Positions 22,740 through 34,439 of a stretch of DNA of 64,000 bases are shown one piece after another (the first letter of the stretch is position 1; every line of letters starts with the position of its first letter). The notes beneath the pieces are model-generated. The model had not been told where the DNA came from. It ran no database searches and was given only the letters and a program-made list of their open reading frames with translations. A program made the position numbers and the translations under genes. The stretch comes from Macrostomum lignano. Taxonomy: Eukaryota. The DNA lies in NCBI GenBank assembly GCA_002269645.1, contig NIVC01000553.1, forward strand, positions 466,554 through 530,553, written 5' to 3'.

Positions 22740-25700
22740 ATGTCTGTTGATGGAATAGACTACCAGCGAATTGCCAAGAAGTTGGAGAAAATGACTACCA
22801 AGAATAAAATTGTAAGTAGGCCTAGAAAGTTAACCTCTGGCTCTAAAGCTGTTTTGATTTTATTTTCATGCCTCATGTCTGCAACTATTGCCTAGGCCTA
22901 TTAGGCCTTCTCAAGAAAGTATTTGACTATTAGTATTATAATCATCAAGGACTAGGCAAAAAAAGTTAGAGTATATTAGACTTGTAGTATATATATCCAT
23001 TTTTGGTCTAGGCCTTGCATCATTTACACGACAACTTTAAAATATAGGGGCCTATTTAATTTAATAAGATTTTATAAAATTTTCTTACTAAGCTTATATA
23101 TATATATACTACATTAGTATAAAAACCTAACCTAGGCCTAGTATTATTAGTATTAGTATGTAAGTAAGGTCTATTCTAGACTAAATTTTTATTTACTAAA
23201 GAAAGGCATAAAGCTAGTAATAACATCTTAGATTACAACTTCAATTATGCTTGTTGAAATAAATACAAAATAAATGATACATAGATGATTAATAGTTGTC
23301 TTCATCTTTTTGGTTTAGTTTAGCTAAATTTTTTTAGAATGTTAGGCCTTATATTATATTATTGTTTATTAGACCTAACTTGATTAAATCAATGATTGGA
23401 ATCATAACTCATAAGGAATTTATTTAATAAGGGTCTTATTCTTAGCCAATCTTAGGCCTATGACTTGCCAATATCAATACGCCTAATATAAAAAGCTAAT
23501 TTTAATAAAAACTAAGCCTAATGAATAACTTTGCAATGCAATTACTAAAATAAAAATAAAGAAAAACTTAAAAAGTATTTTGTATTGCTTGTATTAGATA
23601 ATGATAAACTAGGAGGGCCTATATTGTCTCTTATAAAGATGGCTCTTAGAAACTTTTAAAAAACTATTCTCAAAAAATCTTTGTTTTGTATTTCTAAAAT
23701 AATAATAAAATGTTAAGTTCTCTTACAAAAAATCATTTAAATATAAGCTTCAAGATAGAGACCCAAACTTTAATAAAGCTTTGGTCAAAGGAAATAGAAA
23801 GTAAATTTTTAAATGTATACTTTAATAAAATTATTTCTTATTCTTAGTATTTTGAAAGTACTTAGTGGATCTTTTTTATTTACCAAAAGAGGTAGATACC
23901 CCTTTAGCTTCTCTCTTCAATTATACATATTATATATATTCATATATACAGAATAATATAGAGGCAAAAGACTATGTTTTACCCTAATATGCCACTTCAT
24001 TCAGAATGCTATTTTTCCTTAACTCTCCAATTGCCTCCTTCAGGGTTCTTGCTCTTCATTTAATTTGCTTGTGCTTTGAGTGCAACTAAGTGACATTATT
24101 ACACAACTAGCAAAATGCATTACCACCCATTCTGCCAACTCTCTTGAGCAGGCATGCAAGAATATAGACATGTATTTATTCATATTAACCTAGGCACCAC
24201 TACTACACACTGACACAAGAGTGTAGAGCAGACCTAACTTGATTGTTAGGCATGCACACTTCACTGTGCCATTGGGTTGGCCTTTAAGGCCAGTAATTGC
24301 ACAAGCAGAGCCAAGCCGAGATTCCAATTAAGCTATCCACAAATTAATGTAACTGCACTTGGAATCAAGCCTGGGCCGCTGGAACATAAGAATGCCATGC
24401 CACTAGACCACTGGGCTATGGCCCCTACAGTTTTATTATTTGCTAAAAATGTAGAGGTTAATCCGTATACCTTGAAAAGAACCATTGCACCAAACTGTCT
24501 AAATCTCCCAGGATGAGGCCAAGGTGGCCCGCTACCTGTCCCAGCTGCGCGAGGCCAGCATCACCATAGCTGTGCTGCAGAAAACCGGCCTTGGCATTAT
24601 TGTGAATCGTCTGCGTCGCGGACTCAAATCCGACACTCTGCTGTCCGAAGCCCGACAGCTTATTAAGAAATGGAAGAAGCTGTTGGATTCTGCCCAGCAA
24701 CAACAGCAGGCCGCTGCCGCTGCTGCGCCGTCACCGACAGCTGATGAGAATGGCAGCGGAGCCGACACCACTGAGGCTAAACGACCTCGCGTCGATGCAG
24801 ACGAAGAGGCCAGTCCAAATGGAAGCAGCGAAGGCGCCGCCACCGCCATAGCCGCTCCAGCCGTCACTTTTAAAGAGTCCGAGAGACTGCGAACCACCGA
24901 TTCAGTTCGGCTGAAATGCCGCGAAATGCTGCAACAGGTTAGCAGTTTTTTGTAAAGTACTTTCTCTTCTTTTATTTGAAAATATTCGCAATATTTCCTG
25001 TCTATTATAGATTTTATTTATGTCCTAATCAGTGATCCCCACACACCTGTCCTAATCAGTGATCCCGACACACCTGTCCTAATCAGTGATCCCCACACAC
25101 CTGTTCTAATCAGTGATCCCCACACACCTGTTCTAATCAGTGATCCACACACCTGTCCTAATCAGTGATCCCCACACACCTGTCCTAATCAGTTATCCCC
25201 AGACACCTGTCCTAATCAGTGATCCCCATTCCCCACACACCTGTCCTAATCAGTGATCCCCACACACCTGTCCTAATCAGTGATCCCCACACACCTGTCC
25301 TAATCAGTGATCCCCATTCCCCACACACCTGTCCTAATCAGTGATCCCCACACCTGTCCTAATCAGTGATCCCCACACACTTGTCCTAATCAGTGATCCC
25401 CACACACCTGTTCTAATCAGTGATCCCCACACACCTGTTCTAATCAGTGATCCCCATACACCTGTCCTAATCAGTGATCCCCACACACCTGTTCTAATCA
25501 GTGATCCCCACACACCTGTTCTAATCAGTGATCCACACACACCTGTCCTAATCAGTGATCCCCATTCCCCACACACCTGTTCTAATCAGTGATCCCCACA
25601 CACCTGTCCTAATCAGTGATCCCCACACACCTGTCCTAATCAGTGATCCCCACACACCTGTCCTAATCAGTGATCCCCACACACCTGTCCTAATCAGTGA

Positions 25701-27066
25701 TCCCCATACACCTGTCCTAATCAGTGATCCCCACACACCTGTTCTAATCAGTGATCCCCACACACCTGTCCTAATCAGTGATCCCCACACACCTGTTCTA
25801 ATCAGTGATCCACACACCTGTCCTAATCAGTGATCCCCACACACCTGTCCTAATCAGTGATCCCCACACACCTGTCCTAATCAGTGATCCCCATTCCCCA
25901 CACACCTGTCCTAATCAGTGATCCCCACACACCTGTCCTAATCAGTGATCCCCACACACCTGTCCTAATCAGTGATCCCCACACACCTGTCCTAATCAGT
26001 GATCCCCACACACCTGTCCTAATCAGTGATCCCCACACACTTGTCCTAATCAGTGATCCCCACACACCTGTCCTAATCAGTGATCCCCACACACTTGTCC
26101 TAATCAGTGATCCCCACACACCTGTCCTAATCAGTGATCCCCACACACCTGTTCTAATCAGTGATCCCCATTCCCCACACACCTGTCCTAATCAGTGATC
26201 CCCACACACCTGTCCTAATCAGTGATCCCCACACACCTGTCCTAATCAGTGATCCCCACACACCTGTCCTAATCAGTGATCCCCACACACCTGTCCTAAT
26301 CAGTGATCCCCACACACCTGTCCTAATCAGTGATCCCCACACACTTGTCCTAATCAGTGATCCCCACACACCTGTCCTAATCAGTGATCCCCACACACTT
26401 GTCCTAATCAGTGATCCCCACACACCTGTCCTAATCAGTGATCCCCACACACCTGTTCTAATCAGTGATCCCCATTCCCCACACACCTGTCCTAATCAGT
26501 GATCCCCACACACCTGTCCTAATCAGTGATCCCCACACACCTGTCCTAATCAGTGTTCCAATGATAATAATTAAGTATTCAAGTTCTCCCAACTCCCCAC
26601 CCGAACCCAGGCACTCGAATCAGACACAATCCCATCTGGAGCATACGAGCCCAATTACCTTGCCGCCGAGATTGAGACCTGCGTCCACCTGGAGACTGGC
26701 TCGAAGCTGGACATGAAATACAAGAATCGAATCCGCAGCAGGGTGATGAACCTTCGCGACACGAAGAATCCCAATCTGCGCTACTGCGTCCTCATGGGGA
26801 ATATCTCCCCGACGCAGTTTGCCAAGATGAGTGCGGAAGAGATGGCATCGGACGATATGCGCAAGCTCAGGGAGCGGCTGACCAAGGAAGCAATCGATGA
26901 TCACCAGATGTCGATGAACAGCGGCACGTCTACCGATATGTTGAAGTGCGGCAAGTGCAAGAAGAACAATTGCACTTATAATCAGCTGCAGACCAGATCG
27001 GCTGATGAGCCAATGACCACCTTTGTGCTGTGCAACGAGTGCGGTCACCGGTGGAAGTTTAACTAA
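22740..27066 (+). CDS. TCEA1: Transcription elongation factor TFIIS (TCEA), ~317 aa, 3 exons
   Basis: Exons 22740-22811, 24512-24937 and 26611-27066, all phase 0. N-terminal TFIIS/LW domain ([15 protein letters not shown]), central domain [22 protein letters not shown], zinc ribbon [38 protein letters not shown] with the catalytic DE dipeptide intact. Confidence 0.95.
24246..24425 (-). mobile_element. tRNA-derived SINE, family A copy 1 (TFIIS intron 1)
   Basis: On - strand: GGGGCCATAGCCCAGTGG (A-box-like), CAGGCTTGATTCC (B-box-like), 3' CACAGTGAAGTGTGCATGCCTAA. Clearly homologous to 42534-42700. Confidence 0.65.
25020..26555. repeat. 27-bp minisatellite (CCTAATCAGTGATCCCCACACACCTGT)n, TFIIS intron 2
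   Basis: Over 50 units; 9-aa periodicity in the ORF track. Confidence 0.97.
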
Positions 27067-28029
27067 TTAACAATCTGCAACAATTGACTCGATCATTCAT
27101 TCATTATTTTTTTCTTATATTTATCATTTTTTACTGTGAATATTGATCTGCCGGGTTTGTTTGATAATAATAGTAGTAACAGTATATAGTTACTAAGCCG
27201 AATTGCGTTTCAACTTTAATTAACATAAAATTTGTACCTTCATTATCGATACTGTAGCTGGTAATGAGTAGGTTTACTATTTCATCTTGTTGCAGAGCAG
27301 CTGCGGTTTGTTGTAAAATTAAACAGTAAATAAACACGCATAAATAATTGTCAATAAATTCGAGTAAATGCATTGCGTTAATGCATTTTTTTTTCGATTG
27401 TGTTATGAAACTAAGCCATTGACTTCAGGATGTAATTGGATCTGCGATTTTTTGAGTCTTGTTTTTTAAAAATTATTTTATAGGTCTACTTATGTGAGTA
27501 GTCAGGGGGGACATGTTCCTCCAGTAAAATCTATGGGTGGGACATGCCAATGCTTTGTTCCCCCTGCCCACCTTTGTTGATCTGTTATGGAAATCAATGA
27601 TGTTGCTTCAGGGCGACAAAAAATGGAGCCTGTGGCGCTAAAATGAGTGCCTGCGGTGCTAAAGTGAGTGCCTGCGGTGCTAAAATGAGTGCCGACAACC
27701 CCCGATTCTGACAATAATGTACATGTACATACAGAATTCTTGACTTTGTCCGCCCCACCATAAAATCCATGGTGACGCCCCTGATTCTTAGTTTTTTAGT
27801 GGACCGGTTTAGTTGATAGATAAATTTAGTGAAGCAACTAGAAACTACTATCAATAGTGTAAAAGCAAATTCTATTTCGCTCCTAAACGATGCCCTACTA
27901 CATACATGTTAAAAGTTATTGTTAAACCCATTGCCACAAAAACTGTGCCAGTGGTTGAGCAAAGTATCATAATTGCCGAAGTTTTTTGTTTATTTCAATT
28001 GAATATTGTCAGAGTAGATTGCTATTGTT

Positions 28030-29503
28030 CTAAGCGATCTCCCGGTAGACCTTCACGGCCTCAGCCTGCACCGTACTCGCTATGGCATTGACCTCGTGAG
28101 TGTAGTGATCCCAGTTCTTCGGCACCAGTTCGGCTTGGATATCTACATTCATGAAGACAATATCCACAAGGCCATTGCTGACGAAAATTCCTCTAGAATT
28201 GCCTTTCATGTCGCCTTTCTGGATATTAACGTGGCTAAAATGAATTAGGGGGGGGGGGTAAAATAATTGCTAGAACTACTACATGTTAAATTATGAGATT
28301 ATGAGTTATTATACATTGGGATATTATAAAATATGTTGTGATTTACTAGTCAACCCAATTCATGTTCGAACTCAAAAAGCCAAGCATGAGCGCCTCCTGC
28401 ATATCCGCCGGGTATTGACTGACAATTGACGGTATCATGGACACTGGAAGCTTCCTGTGATTGACTTGATTGTCGCGTTTCTTCCAGGACTTGATGAGGC
28501 AGTTGTTGCAGATCACTCCAGATGGTGCAGAGACTTTGAGAATTTCGGCAATCTCCAGCGCCATATGCGATATAGGATTGGAGTTTGACGGAGTGGCATC
28601 AAAGCTGGTTGTGGCTGCAAGTTGCAGATGGCAGAATAAGAGTTTTTAAGTGAGGTGCAGCAAAATACATGTAAAACAGATGTACAAGTAAAAGAAGGAA
28701 GGTGCACAAGAAGAAGGGAGGTGCACAAGAAGAAGGGAGGTGCACAAGAAGAAGGGAGGTGCACAAGAAGAAGGGAGGTGCACAAGAAGAAGGGAGGTGC
28801 ACAAGAAGAAGGGAGGTGCACAAGAAGAAGGGAGGTGCACAAGAAGAAGGGAGGTGCACAAGAAGAAGGGAGGTGCACAAGAAGAAGGGAGGTGCACAAG
28901 AAGAAGGGAGGTGCACAAGAAGAAGGGAGGTGCACAAGAAGAAGGGAGGTGCACAAGAAGAAGGGAGGTGCACAAGAAGAAGGGAGGTGCACAAGAAGAA
29001 GGGAGGTGCACAAGAAGAAGGGAGGTGCACAAGAAGAAGGGAGGTGCACAAGAAGAAGGGAGGTGCACAAGAAGAAGGGAGGTGCACAAGAAGAAGGGAG
29101 GTGCACAAGAAGAAGGGAGGTGCACAAGAAGAAGGGAGGTGCACAAGAAGGGAGGTTCACAAGAAGGGAGGTGCACAAGAAGGGAGGTTCACAAGAAGGG
29201 AGGTGCACAAGAAGGGAGGTTCACAAGAAGGGAGGTGCACAAGAAGAAGGGAGGTGCACAAGAATAAGGAAGGTGCACAAGAAGAAGGTAGGTGCACAAG
29301 AAGAAGGGAGGTGCACAAGAAGAAGGTAGGTGCACGAGGAGAAAAAGACAAATGCAGCAAATATGACACTGTTAAATGGTCCATCATTTGACAATGAAGA
29401 ACTTACAAACAGCGATTTCCTCCTCAGCAGGAACCGCAGTGCAAATTGTTGTAGCAGCCAAAGCAGCTAAAAGGATTAGCGATTTTCCGTTGACTGACAG
29501 CAT
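28030..29503 (-). CDS. Hypothetical secreted protein, ~189 aa, 3 exons
   Basis: Exons 29503-29407 (signal peptide MLSVNGKSLILLAALAATTICTA, donor gtaagt), 28614-28347 (donor gtaaat) and 28234-28030 join in phase (570 nt). Mature part includes GVICNNCLIKSWKKRD...SRGIFVSNGLVDIVFMNVDIQAELVPKNWDHYTHEVNAIASTVQAEAVKVYREIA*. No family recognised. Confidence 0.7.
28690..29340. repeat. 19-bp minisatellite (GAAGAAGGGAGGTGCACAA)n, intron 1 of the secreted-protein gene
   Basis: Directly visible. Confidence 0.96.
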
Positions 29504-29784
29504 TTTGATGTAAAAGTACCAGAATTAAACTCTCCGAAGACTGTTAAATCTTAGAAAAGAACTCCAACCGAAAGAAGTTTCGGCTTGTTATAATCACGGG
29601 TTAGGGTCGAAAATGATTTATCGTGAGAAAGCTGTCAAAGCTGGCATGTCAAAGATAAAAAAATTGATACTTCGGCAATCAGAATGGTAGCTTGTTTTTA
29701 TAACGAAACGTGTCATTTTCTCATCGACATCAAGAATTTATTGAGTGCACATATAGTCAAAATATAGACATATAGTCATATAGA

Positions 29785-30830
29785 CGCTTAGAGTAGAGTG
29801 TGAGTCCTGAGGCGTTGAGAGACGCTTAGAGTAGAGCGTAGCTCCTGAGGCGTTGTGAGACGCTTAAAGTAGAGCGTAGGTCCTGAGGCGTTGGGAAGCT
29901 TAGAGTAGAGCGTAGGTCCCTAGGCGTTGGGAAGCTTAGAGTAGAGCATAGGTCCTGAGGCGTTGGGAAGCTTAGAGTAGAGCATAGGTCCTGAGACGTT
30001 GGGAAGCTTAGAGTAGAGCGTAGGTCCTGAGGCGTTGGGAAGCTTAGAGTAGATCGTAGGTCCTGAGGCGTTGGGAAGCTTAGAGTAGAGCGTAGGTCCT
30101 GAGGCGTTGGGAAGCTTAGAGTAGAGCGTAGGTCCTGAGGCGTTGGGAAGCTTAGAGTAGAGCGTAGGTCCTGAGGCGTTGGGAAGCTTAGAGTAGAGCG
30201 TAGGTCCTGAGGCGTTGGGAAGCTTAGAGTAGATCGTAGGTCCTGAGGCGTTGGGAAGCTTAGAGTAGAGCGTAGGTCCTGAGGCGTTGGGAAGCTTAGA
30301 GTAGATCGTAGGTCCTGAGGCGTTGGGAAGCTTAGAGTAGAGCGTAGGTCCTGAGGCGTTGGGAAGCTTAGAGTAGAGCGTAGGTCCTGAGGCGTTGGGA
30401 AGCTTAGAGTAGAGCGTAGGTCCTGAGGCGTTGGGAAGCTTAGAGTAGAGCGTAGGTCCTGAGGCGTTGGGAAGCTTAGAGTAGAGCGTAGGTCCTGAGG
30501 CGTTGGGAAGCTTAGAGTAGAGCGTAGGTCCTGAGGCGTTGGGAAGCTTAGAGTAGAGCGTAGGTCCTGAGGCGTTGGGAAGCTTAGAGTAGATCGTAGG
30601 TCCTGAGACGTTGGGAAGCTTAGAGTAGAGCGTAGGTCCTGAGGCGTTGGGAAGCTTAGAGTAGATCGTAGGTCCTGAGGCGTTGGGAAGCTTAGAGTAG
30701 ATCGTAGGTCCTGAGGCGTTGGGAAGCTTAGAGTAGAGCGTAGGTCCTGAGGCGTTGGGAAGCTTAGAGTAGAGCGTAGGTCCTGAGGCGTTAGACCGCT
30801 TAGTGCAGAGCGTGGGTCCTGAGAAGGCTC
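29785..30830. repeat. 36-bp intergenic minisatellite (GCTTAGAGTAGAGCGTAGGTCCTGAGGCGTTGGGAA)n
   Basis: About 29 contiguous units with no spacers. Confidence 0.97.
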
Positions 30831-31407
30831 GACACGAGTCAAGTTGTTCTCTCTTCAGTCTTCGCCAAAAATCGCGTCTATATATTTATACTAAAATTTT
30901 AGTTCATTTAAAACAAAAATAATTTTGAGAAATACGAGTTTTAAAACAAATTGTTTTATTAGAAACAATTTAGCATAGAAAGTTGGATTTTCGCGTACAA
31001 ATAAATAATAAAAAGGCTTTCCACAGAAGAATTTTTGCACTTTTCCTAATACGAAGAGCTACAAGAAGCTACATATTGAACTTTTATGATCTTTCATCTT
31101 GAAATTGTAACCAGTATATTTTAGAATTCGTCACATTTAAAGCTACTTTGCAAACTTCAAACTTTTTATGCGTAAAATTTATAATTCGTTAATTTAACTG
31201 TGTGATAAAATTCACTGGATAAATATCAACAAAAATTAAAAAATTAAAACACATGTAATTGATAATCTTGAAAAATATAAACAACAAAAGTTTCAACAAA
31301 AGTGAATCAAAAATTGTTTAAAGTGAACCGCTGTCTGTCTGTGATTGTTCGTTGTATACCGCACCCCTGCTTAGTATTTGATTTTTTAAGTTCATAATAA
31401 ATCCAGC

Positions 31408-32328
31408 TCAGCTTAGGGCCCAGTTAAGCATGCTGGCAGCACCGGCAATGGGACTCGTCACCACAGCGCCAACGGCGCTCCCAGTGTCGGACAGAAGCTG
31501 AGTCACCGGTCCGTAACCTCGACGGCATTGCTGAACCTGATCCATGGCAGATCTTCTGCTGTTGTCCATCTCCCGTCTCATACAATCCGCTTCGGCTTTC
31601 ATTTGGGCCACCTGAATTCTCATCTGAGTCGTCTCTTCATCTTTCTGCTGTTGCTTCCTCTCAGCCTCTTTCTTCTTTGCTTTTTGCTTCTTTGTCTGAG
31701 CGTCCAAGTCTTTTTGTGAGTACTTCTGCGGATTATGTTTGCTAACCTCGTCTACCAGGCTCAGCAAGGCAGCCACCTGCCTCTCTTTGAACTCTTCATC
31801 ACATTCATCGCCATTGTCCATCAGGACGTATCGGTCTCCGAACTTGTTCAACAACTCGTTCAGCCCCGGAATCGAGGCTCGGCCTTTGTCCAAAATCTCC
31901 TTGAATTTGTTGACGTCCTTTTTGAATTTTCCGCCGTGGCTGAAAACAACAATGGCTCTCTTGTGCGACTCGGGACCGAAGACGTCCACAGACTGCTGGA
32001 TAGCTCTGTACTCTTCGTCGGTGAATCGAGAGTCTGCGCGGAGCACGATGAAGAAGGCGTCAACCCCATTTGGACAGTTGTTCAGAGCGTTCAGCAGTTC
32101 CTTCTCCGGCATGGTAGGGTCCTTCACGTCCATGGTGCCTGGTGTATCGACTATAATTAGCAGGCGACCCCGGGTAACTTTCATTCGACCCTGACAATCC
32201 TTGGTCTCCGAGTCGAAGCCATAACCGACTTTAAATTCGAAGTCGCCATTCAGAGCGTTGGCTAGGGAGCTTTTGCCAGAGCCAGTCTTGCCGATCAGGA
32301 CAGCTGTTGTGGGCGCTGCAGTTGCCAT
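31408..32328 (-). CDS. AIG1/GIMAP-family GTPase, 306 aa, single coding exon
   Basis: G1 LIGKTGSGKSSLANAL, G2-region SETKDC, G3 IVDTPG, AIG1-type segment GVDAFFIVLRADSRFTDEE, G4-region VVFSHG, box DRYVLMDN, C-terminal coiled coil and hydrophobic tail. Confidence 0.92.
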   Translation of the reverse strand: MATAAPTTAVLIGKTGSGKSSLANALNGDFEFKVGYGFDSETKDCQGRMKVTRGRLLIIVDTPGTMDVKDPTMPEKELLNALNNCPNGVDAFFIVLRADSRFTDEEYRAIQQSVDVFGPESHKRAIVVFSHGGKFKKDVNKFKEILDKGRASIPGLNELLNKFGDRYVLMDNGDECDEEFKERQVAALLSLVDEVSKHNPQKYSQKDLDAQTKKQKAKKKEAERKQQQKDEETTQMRIQVAQMKAEADCMRREMDNSRRSAMDQVQQCRRGYGPVTQLLSDTGSAVGAVVTSPIAGAASMLNWALS

Positions 32329-32520
32329 AGCGAAATATTAGCCTACAATGTGCAAGCGGTTTACCAATAATTATTTAACCAATTAAGAGCTTGCTGCGTG
32401 CAAAAGCAGGTGATTTACCTGTAACAATTTTCAACAGTCTGAAAGAAACCAATCCAAGATACGAGCGAATCTCTTCCGATGTGCTGATGCGACAATGGAA
32501 GCGGCCGTCGGTCCTACCTG

Positions 32521-32528
32521 TATTTATA
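32521..32528 (-). promoter_or_regulatory. Candidate TATA box of the GIMAP gene
   Basis: TATAAATA on the - strand about 190 bp upstream of the ATG. A plausible 5'UTR intron 32418-32343 (CAG|gtaaat ... tag|GC) lies between them. Confidence 0.35.
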
Positions 32529-32552
32529 GTGTCAAAAGAAGCGAACACTATA

Positions 32553-33000
32553 AATCAGGTACCACAATAACAGATTCGGTTTGATAAAGAAGGCACTAAA
32601 AATGATGGCGCTAGTTGGAGGTTCGAAGTTCCCTTTCTAAAAATACCGCAAATATTTTCAACTGTCATGTCAGTACAGCCGATGTGCGCAGGTACTCGTA
32701 AACACTGAATCAGGTACCACAATAACAGATTCAGTTCGATAAAGAAGGCCCCAAAATTAATGGCGCTAATTGGAGCTTCGAAGTTCCCTTTCTAAAAATA
32801 ACCGCAAATATTCAACTGTCATGTCAGTACAGCCGATGTGCGCAGGTACTCGTAAACACTGAATCAGGTACCACAATAACAGATTCGGTTCGATAAAGAA
32901 GGCCCCAAAATTAATGGCGCTAATTGGAGCTTCGAAGTTCCCTTTCTAAAAATACCGCAAATATTTTCAACTGTCATGTCAGCACAGCCGATGTGCGCAG
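32553..33000. repeat. Triplicated ~155-bp segment upstream of GIMAP
   Basis: Copies begin AATCAGGTACCACAATAACAGATTC at ~32553, ~32708 and ~32862. Confidence 0.93.
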
Positions 33001-33097
33001 ACGGCATCATTTTCAGCATGTGGACTCTCTCTCACCCTGAGAGAGTTGTTATTTTAACCGACAAAAAAAAAACAGTGCAGCTCAGAGGTAAACACAT

Positions 33098-33265
33098 TAT
33101 CTGGGGTAATTGAGGTGCGTATGGCGACCCCCCTCCCCCCAGTCCTTGGACTGAACAACCGTACGCAGCCTTCAGATGCCCGCTGCGCAATAGCTGCGGC
33201 TGAGCTGTCCGTTGGACATCTGCCGTCATCTGGTCATTAGTAGGGCGGGTGTAATAAATTATTAT
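33098..33265 (+). mobile_element. SINE-like dispersed repeat, family B copy 2 (5'-truncated)
   Basis: Reverse-complement match to 14494-14650, ending GGGCGGGTGTAATAAATTATTAT. Confidence 0.55.
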
Positions 33266-33363
33266 CTCTCAATTATCAAACATGAATCAGTTATAATATA
33301 TAATAATAATTATTACACATTCATTCATTCGGATTCATAAAAGCGTTTATATTTTTACACTAT

Positions 33364-34267
33364 GGGCCGTATGAATAAAACGTAAGAAAATCTTTAAAGA
33401 TTATCTTTCGAGCCAAGAATTTCTTTAAAGAAATTCTTTTCCGGCAAGAAAATCTGTTGGAGAAAATCTTACGAGTCAAGATATTCTAGAAAAGACATGA
33501 ATAAAAGTTTCTCGGCTCGTGAGATTTTCTCGGCGACTGCCACTTGGCTGAAAGTTGTCTAGGGCCCAAACCAAGATGTCGATGACGTGGAATCGACGGC
33601 CGTCTCCTCAGGCTTGGGCGCAGCCCATGCTGTGTCTATGGCTAAAACCACGTGAACACCGAAAATCTGTCCAGAAAAATCCTACTAGAAAGTGGCAAAA
33701 TCCATGTGGAGTTTACCTGAACATCAGGTGACAGGAAAGTCACTTTGCTTTGAAATTTTACCCTGAGATTGAGCGTCCTGGTACCGCAGCGTGATCTCCA
33801 TCTTCTGTTTCGGTGTCAGCGCACCGCCCCTTGTCTCGGAAGTATGTCCTAGGAAGTGCGTTGTCAGAAAGGTCACGTGATCCTCAGTGAATCGATGAAG
33901 CTGTCTATATGTCTCCACTGGAGTGGCCTGTCGGGGCAGGTACTCCTTGGTCTTTCTGATCTGAAGGAACATCTCGTGTCTCGTGTTATGGGCGCTGAAG
34001 ATTCGCTTGAGCCAGAGAAAGAGTTGCTCGCATAAAACTCAAGTGTCGGCTCTCTCGGCGAGGAAATCACGTCTTTTATTCATCAGAAAGCAAGAAAATC
34101 TTTTCCTCGTGAGATTTTCTTGCCGAGCAAATCTTTTCTTGTGAAAGCTCGAGATTTTCTTGGCGAGAAAATCTTGCAAGAAACTCGCAGTTTTTTATTC
34201 TTATAAACGCAAGAAATTCTTGGATTTCTTGCAAGAAAAAAATTTCTTTTTTTTATTCATACGGCCC
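33364..34267 (-). mobile_element. Internally deleted PIF/Harbinger DNA transposon (~904 bp)
   Basis: Perfect 17-bp TIRs GGGCCGTATGAATAAAA (33364-33380) and TTTTATTCATACGGCCC (34251-34267), flanked by a 3-bp direct repeat TAT on both sides. Internal - strand fragment YRQLHRFTEDHVTFL...RGGALTPKQKMEITLRY resembles the N-terminal part of Harbinger/HARBI1 transposases. Repeated subterminal AGAAAATCT motifs. Confidence 0.8.
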
Positions 34268-34439
34268 TATGTTCTTCAGCCAGTAGCATTTAGCAACCAG
34301 AAACGCTTGCTGAGTTTTGACCATAGACCTCGGCAGACGAGCACTCTTCTTCATTGACCTTCCTTCTTCCGTGTGCTCGAGGCTCGTGCGTTTCAATCCC
34401 TCGGTGTCAACACGCCTTTAAAGAAAACTACGGTACACG

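Noticed and set aside
24246-24425. Possible tRNA gene
   Set aside because: Has A/B-box-like motifs but no complete cloverleaf, and continues into a body shared with a second copy; interpreted as a SINE.
27500-27790. GGGGGACATGT / CAGGGGCG motifs suggesting MITE ends (similar GC-rich patches near 53520 and 61360-61630)
   Set aside because: No matching TIR pair or TSD could be identified by eye.
28655-29391. Lys/Arg-rich repeat ORFs resembling cationic adhesive or protamine-like proteins
   Set aside because: The array sits inside a GT-AG intron (29406-28615) of the - strand secreted-protein gene, and all frames on both strands are open.
29785-30830. 36-bp repeat of CRISPR-like length
   Set aside because: Units are contiguous with no unique spacers, there are no cas genes, and the context is eukaryotic; it is a plain minisatellite.
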